From the NCBI GenBank assembly GCA_034717975.1, contig JAYEMF010000099.1, positions 1 to 37,343 on the forward strand: a DNA stretch of 37,343 bases, written 5' to 3'. Positions 18,090 through 28,013 of the stretch are shown here, piece after piece; the stretch's first letter is position 1, and every line of letters begins with the position of its first letter. Made by a program: the position numbers and the translations under genes. The notes under the pieces were generated by a model. The model did no database searches and was not told where the DNA came from. It was given only the letters and a program-made list of their open reading frames with translations. Origin of the DNA: Campylobacterota bacterium (lineage in GTDB: Bacteria > Campylobacterota > Campylobacteria > Campylobacterales > Sulfurimonadaceae).

Positions 18090-19304
18090 ATGTCAACTCA
18101 GCTGTTCCTTGCACGTCAACCCATTCTTAATAGAGAAAAAGAGATTTTCGGATATGAGCTTTTCTATCGCAATGAAATCGAAAACAGTGAGGATAACTCT
18201 CCACGTTTTGCAACATCAAACGTCCTGGTCAACCTACTCAATCAGATTGGCTTACAAAGCGGAATCGGTGATGCCAAAGCCTTTATCAATGTCAACAGCG
18301 ATATCCTGCTAACCAATATTTTACATAACCTTCCCAAAGAAGCTTTTGTCTTTGAGATCTCTGAAAATATGGTAATGACCCACCGTGAGATCGAAGCGAT
18401 CGCGGAGCTGTACAGACTGGGCTACACGTTTGCTCTGGACAATGTCACCCTGACAAAAGAGTATTACCGAAATTTTGTTGATATCTTTCCCTATATCACT
18501 TATGCAAAATTCGACACGATGCTGACGGATATTGAACAGCTTGAGAGCCAGCTCAATCACTATGGACAGTTTAAACTGATCGCGCAGAAAGTTGAATTTC
18601 ATGAACTGTATGAGACCTATAAAGAGCTCGGTTTTGATTATTTTCAAGGCTATTTCTTTGCCAAACCCCATCTCATTCAGCAGAACAGAATCGATCCGAA
18701 ACATCTGGGAGTCATCAATCTCTTCAATCTCCTGCAGCAAGGCACCCCGTTAAATGAATTGACAGATGTTTTCCAAAAGCACAATGAACTCTCCATGCAG
18801 TTGCTTCAGTTTGCCAACTCGACGGGGATCGTTAAAGAGAGAAAGACCTCTTCCATCCGAGAGGTCATTGAGGCGATGGGTACAAAACAGCTGCAGCAGT
18901 GGCTGATTATGATCATCTACTCCAAATCGGGCAAGTCTATCAAGAATGAAAAGAGTTCACACTCCCTCCTGATTCAAAAGCGGATCGATCTGATGCTTGA
19001 TCTGCTCGACCTGATCCATCCGGCAGATATGAAGGCGATGAGTGAACAGATCCGTTTTCTAAGTTTCATGTCCCTGCTCGAAGCCGTCTTCAATGTCCCG
19101 CTGGCCACTGTCCTGGAAAACTTTTATGTTACCGATGATATCCATGAAGCACTGCTCACCCGTACAGGAAAACTCGGCCGTATCTTCGCACTGGCAATAA
19201 GTATCGAACGTTCAGATTTTGCGGCGACACAGATCCTGCTAAAACCGCTTCATCTCGGTATCGATGATATCGTTGATGTCATTGAGCGGCACCTCTACAC
19301 CTAA
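18090..19304 (+). CDS. EAL-like plus HDOD domain protein (YuxH/CdgJ type), probably degenerate
   Basis: ARQPI, GYELFYR, FINV, ALDN, AQKVE, FQGYFFAKP followed by HDOD-like LLQFANS; TATAAT at 18061-18066 and AAGGA RBS. Confidence 0.88.
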   Translation: MSTQLFLARQPILNREKEIFGYELFYRNEIENSEDNSPRFATSNVLVNLLNQIGLQSGIGDAKAFINVNSDILLTNILHNLPKEAFVFEISENMVMTHREIEAIAELYRLGYTFALDNVTLTKEYYRNFVDIFPYITYAKFDTMLTDIEQLESQLNHYGQFKLIAQKVEFHELYETYKELGFDYFQGYFFAKPHLIQQNRIDPKHLGVINLFNLLQQGTPLNELTDVFQKHNELSMQLLQFANSTGIVKERKTSSIREVIEAMGTKQLQQWLIMIIYSKSGKSIKNEKSSHSLLIQKRIDLMLDLLDLIHPADMKAMSEQIRFLSFMSLLEAVFNVPLATVLENFYVTDDIHEALLTRTGKLGRIFALAISIERSDFAATQILLKPLHLGIDDIVDVIERHLYT

Positions 19305-19329
19305 GTATCGCTGAAGAAGTCAAAAAAGC

Positions 19330-19845
19330 TTAAAACTTCAGCTCGACACCTACTGTATAGTTATTGATGTTTTCACCAAGATTAGTGTAGTCTCCATAGA
19401 CATTCATCTGTTTATTGAGTTCTACTACTGCTGCGATTCCGGTTGAAATCCCAAAATTACGCGAGTTTACACTTTTAGTGTCACCAAGGTTTGGCAAGAT
19501 GAAACCAGCACGCGGACGGACAAAGATATGCGAGTCCGGAAAACGGATATTATATGTCATATATCCCGCAAGCGTCAAGATACTGACATCATGTCCGTTA
19601 TGTGTTTCGGGATCAGACAGTGACGTCGTCAGTTCAACTTCCATACCAAGGTTGTTCAGCACCTGAGGCAACGCCGCACCTCCTTTAAGCACCAGGCCTA
19701 GACCGTTATCATCCCAGTCATTGGGTACCGCATGAATGGCAAGTCCGGCACCTACATAGAAGCCGGAAAGCTCATTACTCTCCTCTGCATTGATCAAGCT
19801 TGATGTCAGCAAGAGGGTAAGGACCGCTGTTACAATTTTTTTCAA
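19330..19845 (-). CDS. Outer membrane beta-barrel protein (OmpA-like 8-stranded)
   Basis: Signal peptide from TTG 19845 (AAGGA RBS), GFYVGAGL first strand, alternating strands, C-terminal Phe (GVELKF). Confidence 0.8.
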   Translation of the reverse strand: MKKIVTAVLTLLLTSSLINAEESNELSGFYVGAGLAIHAVPNDWDDNGLGLVLKGGAALPQVLNNLGMEVELTTSLSDPETHNGHDVSILTLAGYMTYNIRFPDSHIFVRPRAGFILPNLGDTKSVNSRNFGISTGIAAVVELNKQMNVYGDYTNLGENINNYTVGVELKF

Positions 19846-19999
19846 TATATATCCTTCTTGGTTTACTCTTTTCAATTCTATGACAATCTCTCTTAAAAAA
19901 GAAAGTTAACTTCTGGAAAAATGATGACAGCCTGCCACACTAAACCGTGCTTAACCCATCCTATGATAAACTCAAAAACATAAATTATCAAGGCAAGAT

Positions 20000-21829
20000 G
20001 TGAAAGCAAGTTCTGAAGTATTAGCGAGAAAATATCGACCGGAGAGTTTCGATGAACTGATCGGTCAGGAGACTATTTCCCAGACCCTTTCTCTTGCCCT
20101 TGACTCCAAACGCCTGTCCCACGCCTACCTGCTTTCGGGACTGCGCGGGTCTGGGAAGACATCAACAGCACGGATCTTCGCCAAAGCCCTTGTCTGTGAA
20201 CATGGTCCCACCTCAAAGCCATGTGGCGCATGTGAACATTGTCTCATGGCCAAAGAGTCCCGTCATATGGACATTATCGAGATGGATGCGGCATCGAGTC
20301 GCAAGATCGATGATATCCGTGATCTCATCGAACATACAAAATACAAACCTTCATCGGCACAGTTTAAAATATTCATTATTGATGAAGTGCATATGCTCAC
20401 AAAAGAGGCTTTTAATGCCCTGCTGAAAACCCTTGAAGAGCCGCCGGCCTATGTCAAGTTTATCCTGGCCACGACAGATCCGCTGAAACTGCCGGCGACC
20501 ATTCTGAGTCGTACCCAGCATTTCCGTTTTAAAAAGATCTCATCACAGAACATCGTTCATCATCTTGCCCATATTTTGCAGCTTGAAGGGATCGAGTACC
20601 AGAATGAGGCACTTGAAATTCTCGCACGAAGCGGCTCAGGCAGTCTTCGCGACACCCTTACCCTGCTCGATCAGGCGATCATCTACTCCAAAAACTTTGT
20701 CGATGTCAAGACCGTCACCGATATGCTTGGGTTGATCGATCCGGAATTCATTGCCGCCATCTTTAAAGCCGTCTTCTCCAAAGATTACGCCCAGTTGGTT
20801 GCCTTTACCAAAGAACTTGAAGATTATGAAGCGGAGATGGTCGTCGATGAACTGATCGCCTATCTTAAAGAGCGGTTATATGCCAAGGACCCACTTTTCA
20901 GCACCTTGATTCTTGAGCGTTTTTTCCGTATACTCAGTGATGCAAAATCCCTCTTCGCCATCAATGCCGACGGCACTTTTGTCCTGAGTCTTATCTTTTT
21001 TAAAATGGTCGAGGCCCTGCGTGTCAAAGAGATCGACCAGATGATCGAATCATTGGAGAGAGAAGTAAAACGTCCAAGTTCCATCAGCATACCCGAACCT
21101 GTAATGGCTCCTCCTGTTGAGACTCCTTCTGCGAGAGATCAAGATGAAACACCGGTCGAGAGTTCACCCCCCATACCGATGACAGAGGCCCCTGTTGAGG
21201 AAGTGCCACTGCCTTCCACCAATCAGTCGGTAGCAGCTGATATACCAACTGAACCAGTCGAAACGACTACAGCGATGGAAGAACCAGAGCCTCTCCAGCA
21301 GACGGTACCAACACGTTCAGAAGGTGAGATAAATTTCAAAGCACTCTGTGAACAGATTAGTGACCGCAATGCAGAACTGGGCGAATGCTTCAGCAATCAG
21401 GTCTATTTCACCTCTTATGAAAACGGTGTGCTGACTTGGGAGAGCTGTGCCGATGAGAGCTGTAAACAGCAGCTGCGTCACGGCTACAGTGTGATCAAAC
21501 AGTTTGTACGCGAGATTTATGGGTTTGATACCCAGATAAAACATCTCCCGTGCAGTCGTCAGATAGAGTCATCCCCTCAAACAGAGGAGAGAGAAGATTT
21601 CGCGGGAAAGTCTGAAGGCGGTGAAACACCGTCTTCAATGAACGACCCTCAACCGGCGTCTATGACCGAAGAGGTTGAGACAGGAAGTGGAAGCTGTGTC
21701 ACTGGGTGTGATACCAATGATGAAGTCGCCACGGAGTTTGACGGCAACTCCATTTTGGAGGAACCGATGATCCTAAAAGCCAAAGAGCTTTTTGAAGCAA
21801 CAAAGATCACCATTCAGTCAAAAGTCTAA
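20000..21829 (+). CDS. dnaX: DNA polymerase III subunit gamma/tau
   Basis: LARKYRP, GLRGSGKTS, zinc-module Cys residues, IIDEVHML, FNALLKTLEEPP, GSLRD. Confidence 0.97.
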   Translation: MKASSEVLARKYRPESFDELIGQETISQTLSLALDSKRLSHAYLLSGLRGSGKTSTARIFAKALVCEHGPTSKPCGACEHCLMAKESRHMDIIEMDAASSRKIDDIRDLIEHTKYKPSSAQFKIFIIDEVHMLTKEAFNALLKTLEEPPAYVKFILATTDPLKLPATILSRTQHFRFKKISSQNIVHHLAHILQLEGIEYQNEALEILARSGSGSLRDTLTLLDQAIIYSKNFVDVKTVTDMLGLIDPEFIAAIFKAVFSKDYAQLVAFTKELEDYEAEMVVDELIAYLKERLYAKDPLFSTLILERFFRILSDAKSLFAINADGTFVLSLIFFKMVEALRVKEIDQMIESLEREVKRPSSISIPEPVMAPPVETPSARDQDETPVESSPPIPMTEAPVEEVPLPSTNQSVAADIPTEPVETTTAMEEPEPLQQTVPTRSEGEINFKALCEQISDRNAELGECFSNQVYFTSYENGVLTWESCADESCKQQLRHGYSVIKQFVREIYGFDTQIKHLPCSRQIESSPQTEEREDFAGKSEGGETPSSMNDPQPASMTEEVETGSGSCVTGCDTNDEVATEFDGNSILEEPMILKAKELFEATKITIQSKV

Positions 21830-21954
21830 TTCTTCCCTTTGACTACATTGCTTATGTCATCACCCATATCGTTAACTCCATCTGTAAACTCTTTTTGTGA
21901 ACAACCGCTAAACAAGAGCAAACCAAACGTTAAAAAAATTAAAACATATTTCAT
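21826..21954 (-). CDS. Small lipoprotein, 42 aa (MKYVLIFLTFGLLLFSGCSQKEFTDGVNDMGDDISNVVKGKN); not in ORF track
   Basis: AAGGA RBS (21962-21966), MK start, hydrophobic core, lipobox FSG-C; stop overlaps the dnaX stop. Confidence 0.85.
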   Translation of the reverse strand: MKYVLIFLTFGLLLFSGCSQKEFTDGVNDMGDDISNVVKGKN

Positions 21955-21982
21955 TACCTGATCCTTAAAGGGTACCTCTAAA

Positions 21983-22249
21983 GGGCACCTCTAAAAACCC
22001 TGGATATCATCAGAGGGCAAAGAAGGTGCAAGATTTCGTTTTAAAATCTTGAAGGACTACCCATAGGTAATTCAAGAGATTTTAGGACGGAAGATTGTGC
22101 CTTATTTGCCCTCCCGAAGGGCGTTACATACATGTCCGTGAGTCTGCGTTAGAACCTTGCCACCGTAGCCCTGCTACGCTGACAAGAACCTGCCTTGATC
22201 ACGAAAATGTATGTAACGCTGATGATATCCAGGGTTTTTAGAGGTGCCC
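21983..22249. mobile_element. MITE-like element, 267 bp, 31-bp perfect TIRs, 4-bp TAAA direct repeats
   Basis: GGGCACCTCTAAAAACCCTGGATATCATCAG at 21983-22013 and its exact reverse complement at 22219-22249; TAAA at 21979-21982 and 22250-22253; no transposase ORF. Confidence 0.85.
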
Positions 22250-22890
22250 TAAATATAGTTATCGATTCTAACGGTTTTCCCTTTTGAGTTAGCTTTGACA
22301 TACTCTACGATCATTCCGTGAAACAGTGCATACTTCTCAGGTAGCTGACTCTCATCAAATACCCTCTGCAACCCCTCACTGCACCACGCTTTGATATCAT
22401 CATACGCTTCATATTCCAAGCCAAACGATACAAGCAGTCTGGCCGTATAGGCATCGACAACCATCTCCGGCCGTCTGCATGCATAACAGAGGATCGAATC
22501 AGCCGTCTCCGGCCCCACCCCTTTTTGAGCAAGCAGCCATTCACGATCTACCTCTTCGACAAAGGTCTCAAAATCACCATACGCATCAACAATAGAGTAA
22601 ACCAGCTTTTGAAGGTAATTTGCCTTGCTTTTATAAAGCCCGCTTGGCTGGATCAGGCGCATCAGCAGATCACTCTCACACTCATTCAGTGCAACGAGGG
22701 AAAGCAGATGATTCGAGCGAAGGTTCTGAAGGGATCGTTCAACTTTTTCCCACTTTGTATTCTGGGTAAGGATGGCACCGACAAGCACTTCAAACGTTCC
22801 GTATTCGGGCCACCACAGTGGTAGCTTTTCCGCTAAAAGGTCCTGGTCCTCCAGCCATAGGTAGAGATCATAGGAGTCACTCAGCTCCAT
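22249..22890 (-). CDS. HhH-GPD DNA glycosylase, MagIII-like 3-methyladenine glycosylase
   Basis: WWP, GAILTQNTKW, HhH KGVGPETADSIL, VVD; no Fe-S cysteines. Start moved to ATG 22890 (GAGG RBS). Confidence 0.87.
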   Translation of the reverse strand: MELSDSYDLYLWLEDQDLLAEKLPLWWPEYGTFEVLVGAILTQNTKWEKVERSLQNLRSNHLLSLVALNECESDLLMRLIQPSGLYKSKANYLQKLVYSIVDAYGDFETFVEEVDREWLLAQKGVGPETADSILCYACRRPEMVVDAYTARLLVSFGLEYEAYDDIKAWCSEGLQRVFDESQLPEKYALFHGMIVEYVKANSKGKTVRIDNYI

Positions 22891-23698
22891 TATCCTCACT
22901 CCATGCTTCGGTAACCATACGGCGGCCATCATCGAGCTGTTTGATCTTTATGGCATTGATACATCGACCGTTATCTAACTCCATAACGGCCATCTGCAAA
23001 ATCTTTTTACAGGATGTCGGTACATCGAAACGTCCCGGCAGACCCGTCAAGAAGCGCTCGATCGGCACCTTGGCATCCATCCCGATCACATTGTCACGAC
23101 AGCCGGTCAATCCCATATCACTCAGATAAGCCGTACCGTTGCTGATCTGAAAATCATCGGTACTGACATGGGTATGGGTTCCTATAATCGCACTCACATC
23201 GCCTTGAAGCATCATCATCATACCACGCTTTTCACTGGTCGCCTCAGCATGAAAATCGATAAAGATATGCCTGACCCCTTCACTGCGAAGTGACTCGACT
23301 GTCTCTTTGGCTTTACGGAAAGCGTTGTCCGTCATGGGCATACTGTAATGTCCCATCAGATTGATCACGGCGAGTTGTTCACCATTGACCTCATAAAGTT
23401 TGCAACCGCTCCCCGGTACACCGGCAGGATAGTTATGTGGACGCAAGATCTCAAAATGGTCAAACATGCCGACGATCTCTTTTTTATCCCAGGTATGATT
23501 GCCTCCGGTCATTACATCGATGCCGTTATCAAAAAGCTCTTTGGCATTTTTAGGCGTCAGGCCAAAACCGTGCGATGCATTTTCATAGTTAGCTATGACA
23601 AAATCGATCTCATACTCATCCCGCAAAGCGTTCAAATGCTCTTTTACCATACTCCGCCCCGGACGACCGACAATATCTCCGATAAACGCAATTCTCAT
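22877..23698 (-). CDS. ymdB: YmdB/TIGR00282 family metallophosphoesterase
   Basis: GDIVGRPGR, ANYEN, TGGNH, DFHAEATSEK, GTHTHV motifs. Confidence 0.92.
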   Translation of the reverse strand: MRIAFIGDIVGRPGRSMVKEHLNALRDEYEIDFVIANYENASHGFGLTPKNAKELFDNGIDVMTGGNHTWDKKEIVGMFDHFEILRPHNYPAGVPGSGCKLYEVNGEQLAVINLMGHYSMPMTDNAFRKAKETVESLRSEGVRHIFIDFHAEATSEKRGMMMMLQGDVSAIIGTHTHVSTDDFQISNGTAYLSDMGLTGCRDNVIGMDAKVPIERFLTGLPGRFDVPTSCKKILQMAVMELDNGRCINAIKIKQLDDGRRMVTEAWSEDNGAE

Positions 23699-23728
23699 CT
23701 CTTTTTCCTGTTACTTTTCACTCAATGC

Positions 23729-26713
23729 TCAGAGCACTTTCGGCTTGGCACTGCGCAGATAGTGCAATACCGACTTGATAATATCATCATCATCTTTACT
23801 ATCTGATTTAAGGCTCTCTTTGGCGCCGTTAACATATTCGATCCCGATGTTTTGACCATAATTGCTTACAGTCTTCACCTTCTTCTCAAGGGCGAGCAGT
23901 TTGATCACCATCAGTTCAAAGAACTGCTTGGTCGATATATCGAGCTTTCCGAAACGGTCAATGATCTCCTCTTCGATCTCATATACCTCCGTCGGCTCTT
24001 CACAGAGGCTCAAACGACGATAGAGCTCTAACCTCAAACGATCATGTCCAATCACCTCATCACTCAGGTACGCACTGATCGTGAGTTTGATATCTACTTT
24101 TGCCCGCGTGGTCTCCTGCGTATTGCTCAGCTCTTTGATCGCATCTTCCAGCATACGCAGGTAGAGCGAATACCCGATATTTTTGATATGCCCGCTCTGT
24201 GCATCACCCACCAGGTTACCGCCGCCGCGGATCTCAAGGTCATGATAGGCCAGAATCGAGCCGCTTCCGAGAAACGAGTTTGACTCCAGCGCCACCAGAC
24301 GCTTTTTCGCTTCATCGGTCAGCGTCTCTTTATCTTCCACAATAAAGTAGGCAAACCCCTCGACATGACCTCGTCCCACACGTCCGCGGAGCTGATGCAG
24401 ATCGGCAATGCCGAAGCGGTCTGCCCCATCGATCAGCATCGTATTGACCTGCGGCATATGGATACCTGACTCAATGATGGAGGTGGCTAAGAGAAGGTCA
24501 TACTCACCCTCTTGAAACCTGAGCAGCTCTTTTTCCGTCTCAACGGCCGAGATCTTTGAATGCAGCATTAAAATACGAAGGTCCGGCAGTATCGCATTGA
24601 GCTGGGTCATCTTGATCGGCATATGATCGATGTTGTTAAAGACATAAAAGACCTGACCGCCACGGCGGAGTTCCCGCAGGATCACCTCTTTGACCAGCTT
24701 TTCGTCATACGCTTTGACAAAGGTACGAACCCCCTGCCGTTCACTCGGTGCTGTAAGCAGCTGGCTCATCGTCTTGATGGAGCTGAGTGCCTGATTGAGT
24801 GAACGCGGGATCGGTGTGGCACTCATGGAGAGCAGATGCACTTTTTCATAGAGCTGTTTGAGCTTCTCTTTCTGTTTCACCCCAAACTTATGCTCTTCAT
24901 CGATGATGACCAGACCCAGTTTATTGAACGATGTGCCAAAAAGGGCATGCGTTCCCACGACTACCTGAACACTCCCGTCTTCCAGAGCAGCCAATACTGC
25001 CTTTTTCGTCTTTGGCGTAATAAACCGGTCCAGTTTGGCGATCCCGATGCCTGTATCGGCAAAGCGCTCCTCAAGGGAGCGAAAATGCTGAGAGCTGAGC
25101 AGGGTCGTCGGAACGATCAGTGCCGCCTGATATCCTGCTTTGACGGTTGCATAAATCGCATTCATGGCGACCTCGGTCTTTCCAAAGCCGACATCACCGC
25201 TGAGCAGCCTGTCCATAATATGCCCGGAGGCTATATCGCTGATGATCTCATCGATCGATTCGGTCTGATCGGCAGTATATTCAAACCCTGCCTGAGCCTG
25301 AAATGCTTTCAATTCCTGTTTGGAGATGGAGATCTTCGGTGCCTGGATAAGCGTCCGTGAAGCCGCTGTATTGACAATCTCCGATGCGATCTCAAAGAGG
25401 CGCTTTTTCACCTTCTCTTTGAGGCGTCCGAAACTCCCCTTGCCCAGTCGGTCAAGCACCGGCAATGAACCGCCCGAAGCGATATAGCGGTCGATGAAGT
25501 CGAGGTTTTCTACCGGTAACAGGACCTTGTCATCTCCCTGATAGCGGATAACGATAAAATCTTTCACCCCGCCAAGGATCTCCGCCTGCTCTATCTTCTC
25601 AAAGACCCCGACACCATACTCTTCATGTACGACATAATCACCCGGTTTGAGATCATCGAGCAGGATGGAGCTTTTTCGTCGGCGGCGTTTCTTTACCGGT
25701 TTATTGAGTGAGATAACCACTTCGTCATCACCGATAATATTGAGAATGATTGGCGAATATCGTACTTCAATCTTTGAAGTATCGTAAACTCCGGCCCCTT
25801 TGACCTGCGCTTCATTACTGGCGATCAGGGTGATCTTTTTAGCCCTGTGCACATTTAAAAGTGTCGGAATATCGGTGGCGGCAAGCAGTTTATAGTGCTC
25901 CTCTTCAGGCACTGCCGGCAGATCGAAAACGTCCCGTGCTATTTGAGGCTGACTGATCGCATAGACTTCATCAAGCAGACTCTCCATCGGCTTGATACAA
26001 CGGGCTTCTTTTCCTTCCAGAAATGAGTCGGCGAATGCATCCAGATACCAAAAGCCCAGAGATGCGGTATCTTTGACAAAACTGTCGCTTGTACTTGTTT
26101 CTACTTCAGTACGAATGCGCTCGTAGCCTGATTCATCCAGCGAGTAGAATGCCGGTGCGATCTCAATTGACTCCACCTCATCCGGCAAGGTTCGCTGAGA
26201 TTCGAGTTCAAAGGCTTTGATCTCTTCGATCTCATCATCGAACAGAGAGATACGGTAAGGGTTTTCACTGTTTGGAATATAGATATCGATGATATCGCCT
26301 CGAAAAGAGATCTCCCCTTCGACCTGGACCATATCTACGAAACTGTACCCCCAGTGAAGCATCTGTGCTTTGAAATCTCCGAACTCTATGCGATCTGCGA
26401 ATGCAAGCGATGTCACTTCGAGCAGTGAAGGTTTAGGCAGAGGAAAGAGAAGTGTCTTTAACGGTGAGATCACCAATGGTTTTTTATCGGCGCTGTAATA
26501 ACGGCGCAATGCACCAAAGAGCTGATGCAGCTCCTCTTTAAAAGGGCGAAGGTCATCGAGATAGGCGGCACGGAAGTCGGGAAAGAGAAGATACTCCCGA
26601 TTAAAATAGGCTGCAACATCTGCTGCTTCTGCCGCTTCTTTGGCATCTTCGCAGATAAGCAGCTCTGGTGATGGTGAGGTTTTGAAAAATTCGAAAAGAC
26701 GGCTCTGTGCCAT
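23729..26713 (-). CDS. mfd: Transcription-repair coupling factor
   Basis: RGDIIDI, CarD-like [53 protein letters not shown]. Confidence 0.97.
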   Translation of the reverse strand: MAQSRLFEFFKTSPSPELLICEDAKEAAEAADVAAYFNREYLLFPDFRAAYLDDLRPFKEELHQLFGALRRYYSADKKPLVISPLKTLLFPLPKPSLLEVTSLAFADRIEFGDFKAQMLHWGYSFVDMVQVEGEISFRGDIIDIYIPNSENPYRISLFDDEIEEIKAFELESQRTLPDEVESIEIAPAFYSLDESGYERIRTEVETSTSDSFVKDTASLGFWYLDAFADSFLEGKEARCIKPMESLLDEVYAISQPQIARDVFDLPAVPEEEHYKLLAATDIPTLLNVHRAKKITLIASNEAQVKGAGVYDTSKIEVRYSPIILNIIGDDEVVISLNKPVKKRRRRKSSILLDDLKPGDYVVHEEYGVGVFEKIEQAEILGGVKDFIVIRYQGDDKVLLPVENLDFIDRYIASGGSLPVLDRLGKGSFGRLKEKVKKRLFEIASEIVNTAASRTLIQAPKISISKQELKAFQAQAGFEYTADQTESIDEIISDIASGHIMDRLLSGDVGFGKTEVAMNAIYATVKAGYQAALIVPTTLLSSQHFRSLEERFADTGIGIAKLDRFITPKTKKAVLAALEDGSVQVVVGTHALFGTSFNKLGLVIIDEEHKFGVKQKEKLKQLYEKVHLLSMSATPIPRSLNQALSSIKTMSQLLTAPSERQGVRTFVKAYDEKLVKEVILRELRRGGQVFYVFNNIDHMPIKMTQLNAILPDLRILMLHSKISAVETEKELLRFQEGEYDLLLATSIIESGIHMPQVNTMLIDGADRFGIADLHQLRGRVGRGHVEGFAYFIVEDKETLTDEAKKRLVALESNSFLGSGSILAYHDLEIRGGGNLVGDAQSGHIKNIGYSLYLRMLEDAIKELSNTQETTRAKVDIKLTISAYLSDEVIGHDRLRLELYRRLSLCEEPTEVYEIEEEIIDRFGKLDISTKQFFELMVIKLLALEKKVKTVSNYGQNIGIEYVNGAKESLKSDSKDDDDIIKSVLHYLRSAKPKVL

Positions 26714-26775
26714 TACTGCCCTTAAAGATATTCTGGAGGCGTTATTTTAGCGAAACAGCATTGCAAAGCGCTGAT

Positions 26776-27177
26776 TTATGACTCCTCGTCAATAACTATG
26801 GATTGCGGCTCTTCCCCTTTGATACGGCTCTCTCCCTGAAAATGCCCTTTGGCTTCAATGACCAACTCTGATGAAGTAACGATACCACTGACACGGCCGC
26901 TCTCTTTGATCTCAATACGCTCTACATCGACATCACCTTCAACCAAGCCCTGAACGACAAGGTGCCCGGCACGGATCTCACCATTGACCTTTCCGTTTTT
27001 ACCGATAGTGATAATTTTTTCTGACTCGATTTTCCCCTCAAAGTGACCATCTACATAGAGGTCGCAGTTAAGTGTCATCTCGCCATTGAAAGTAGCACCT
27101 TCTGTGATGATAGTGGTGTTGCTGCTTGCTTTGCCAGTTGATGATCCCGGCTTATCACTGTTATTAAAGATTGCCAT
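26776..27177 (-). CDS. Bactofilin (CcmA-like polymer-forming cytoskeletal protein)
   Basis: TIITEG..F.G...VDG.FEG.I...IGKNGKVNGEI beta-helix repeats; start set at ATG 27177 (MAIF). Confidence 0.92.
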   Translation of the reverse strand: MAIFNNSDKPGSSTGKASSNTTIITEGATFNGEMTLNCDLYVDGHFEGKIESEKIITIGKNGKVNGEIRAGHLVVQGLVEGDVDVERIEIKESGRVSGIVTSSELVIEAKGHFQGESRIKGEEPQSIVIDEES

Positions 27178-28013
27178 GGTACCTGTTTCTCCTTCTCGAA
27201 AATTTGTGAGTAGTTCTCTATATTCCATTTTATAAACCAAAACGGGTTGAGCGCACGCTGAACAAAACGCACCTCATAATGCAAGTGAGGTCCATTACTC
27301 ATACCGCTGTTGCCGCTCAGACCGATCAGGTCGCCTTTTTTGACATACTCTCCCGATTTCACAAGAATCTTTTTCATATGACCATAATAGGTCTTAAATC
27401 CATAGTTGTGATCCAGAATGATCAAGCGGCCATAACCGCTTGCTTTATGGAAATCGGCATACTCTATGACCCCGTCTGCAGTCGCAAATATCTTGGTACG
27501 CATCGCGGCACGCAGATCTGAACCGCGATGAAATTCACGTCTCTTCAGTGTCGGATGCGTACGGTATCCAAACTTACTTGTAATGCCTTTGTACTCTACC
27601 GGACTGCCGTTAGGAATATATTTAAGCAGTGCCGCACGCTGTGCCGATGTCAGTTTCGCAATTTCAACACGGTCCGTCAATGAACTCTCCTCCTGGGGAG
27701 CCAAACCGATCAGTGTCTCAATATCTTCAAGTCGGTCGGCAACAACCAAAAGCTCCTCTTGTTTTACAAGCAGATCACCTTCCGTCGCTGCGATTGACTG
27801 CTGCAGTTGCGCATTGTGCTCTTGAAGCTCTCTCTTTTTTACTTCGATCTTATCCAGTGAGTTGTCAAGAAAAATGATCAACGAAGTCCCTATGACAATC
27901 AACAGGGCAAGAGCTACAAAAATATATAAGATCACCTTTTTAATGATCTGGTGCAGATTGAACTGCTTGACCCCATTGAGGTCATGGATCGTGATGGTAA
28001 ACCTGTTATGCAT
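27075..28013 (-). CDS. M23 family peptidoglycan endopeptidase (Csd1-like)
   Basis: N-terminal TM helix, coiled coil, HRGSD (HxxxD) and GPHLHYEV motifs. Confidence 0.92.
   Translation of the reverse strand: MHNRFTITIHDLNGVKQFNLHQIIKKVILYIFVALALLIVIGTSLIIFLDNSLDKIEVKKRELQEHNAQLQQSIAATEGDLLVKQEELLVVADRLEDIETLIGLAPQEESSLTDRVEIAKLTSAQRAALLKYIPNGSPVEYKGITSKFGYRTHPTLKRREFHRGSDLRAAMRTKIFATADGVIEYADFHKASGYGRLIILDHNYGFKTYYGHMKKILVKSGEYVKKGDLIGLSGNSGMSNGPHLHYEVRFVQRALNPFWFIKWNIENYSQIFEKEKQVPWQSLITVISRDHQLAKQAATPLSSQKVLLSMAR

Noticed and set aside
20000..21829. Programmed -1 frameshift site in dnaX
   Set aside because: No A-AAA-AAG heptamer or long A run found after the collar domain.
23729..26713. Mfd shorter than the E. 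coli protein as possible truncation
   Set aside because: All motifs are present in one frame with RBS and promoter; ~1000-aa Mfd is usual in Campylobacterota as I recall.
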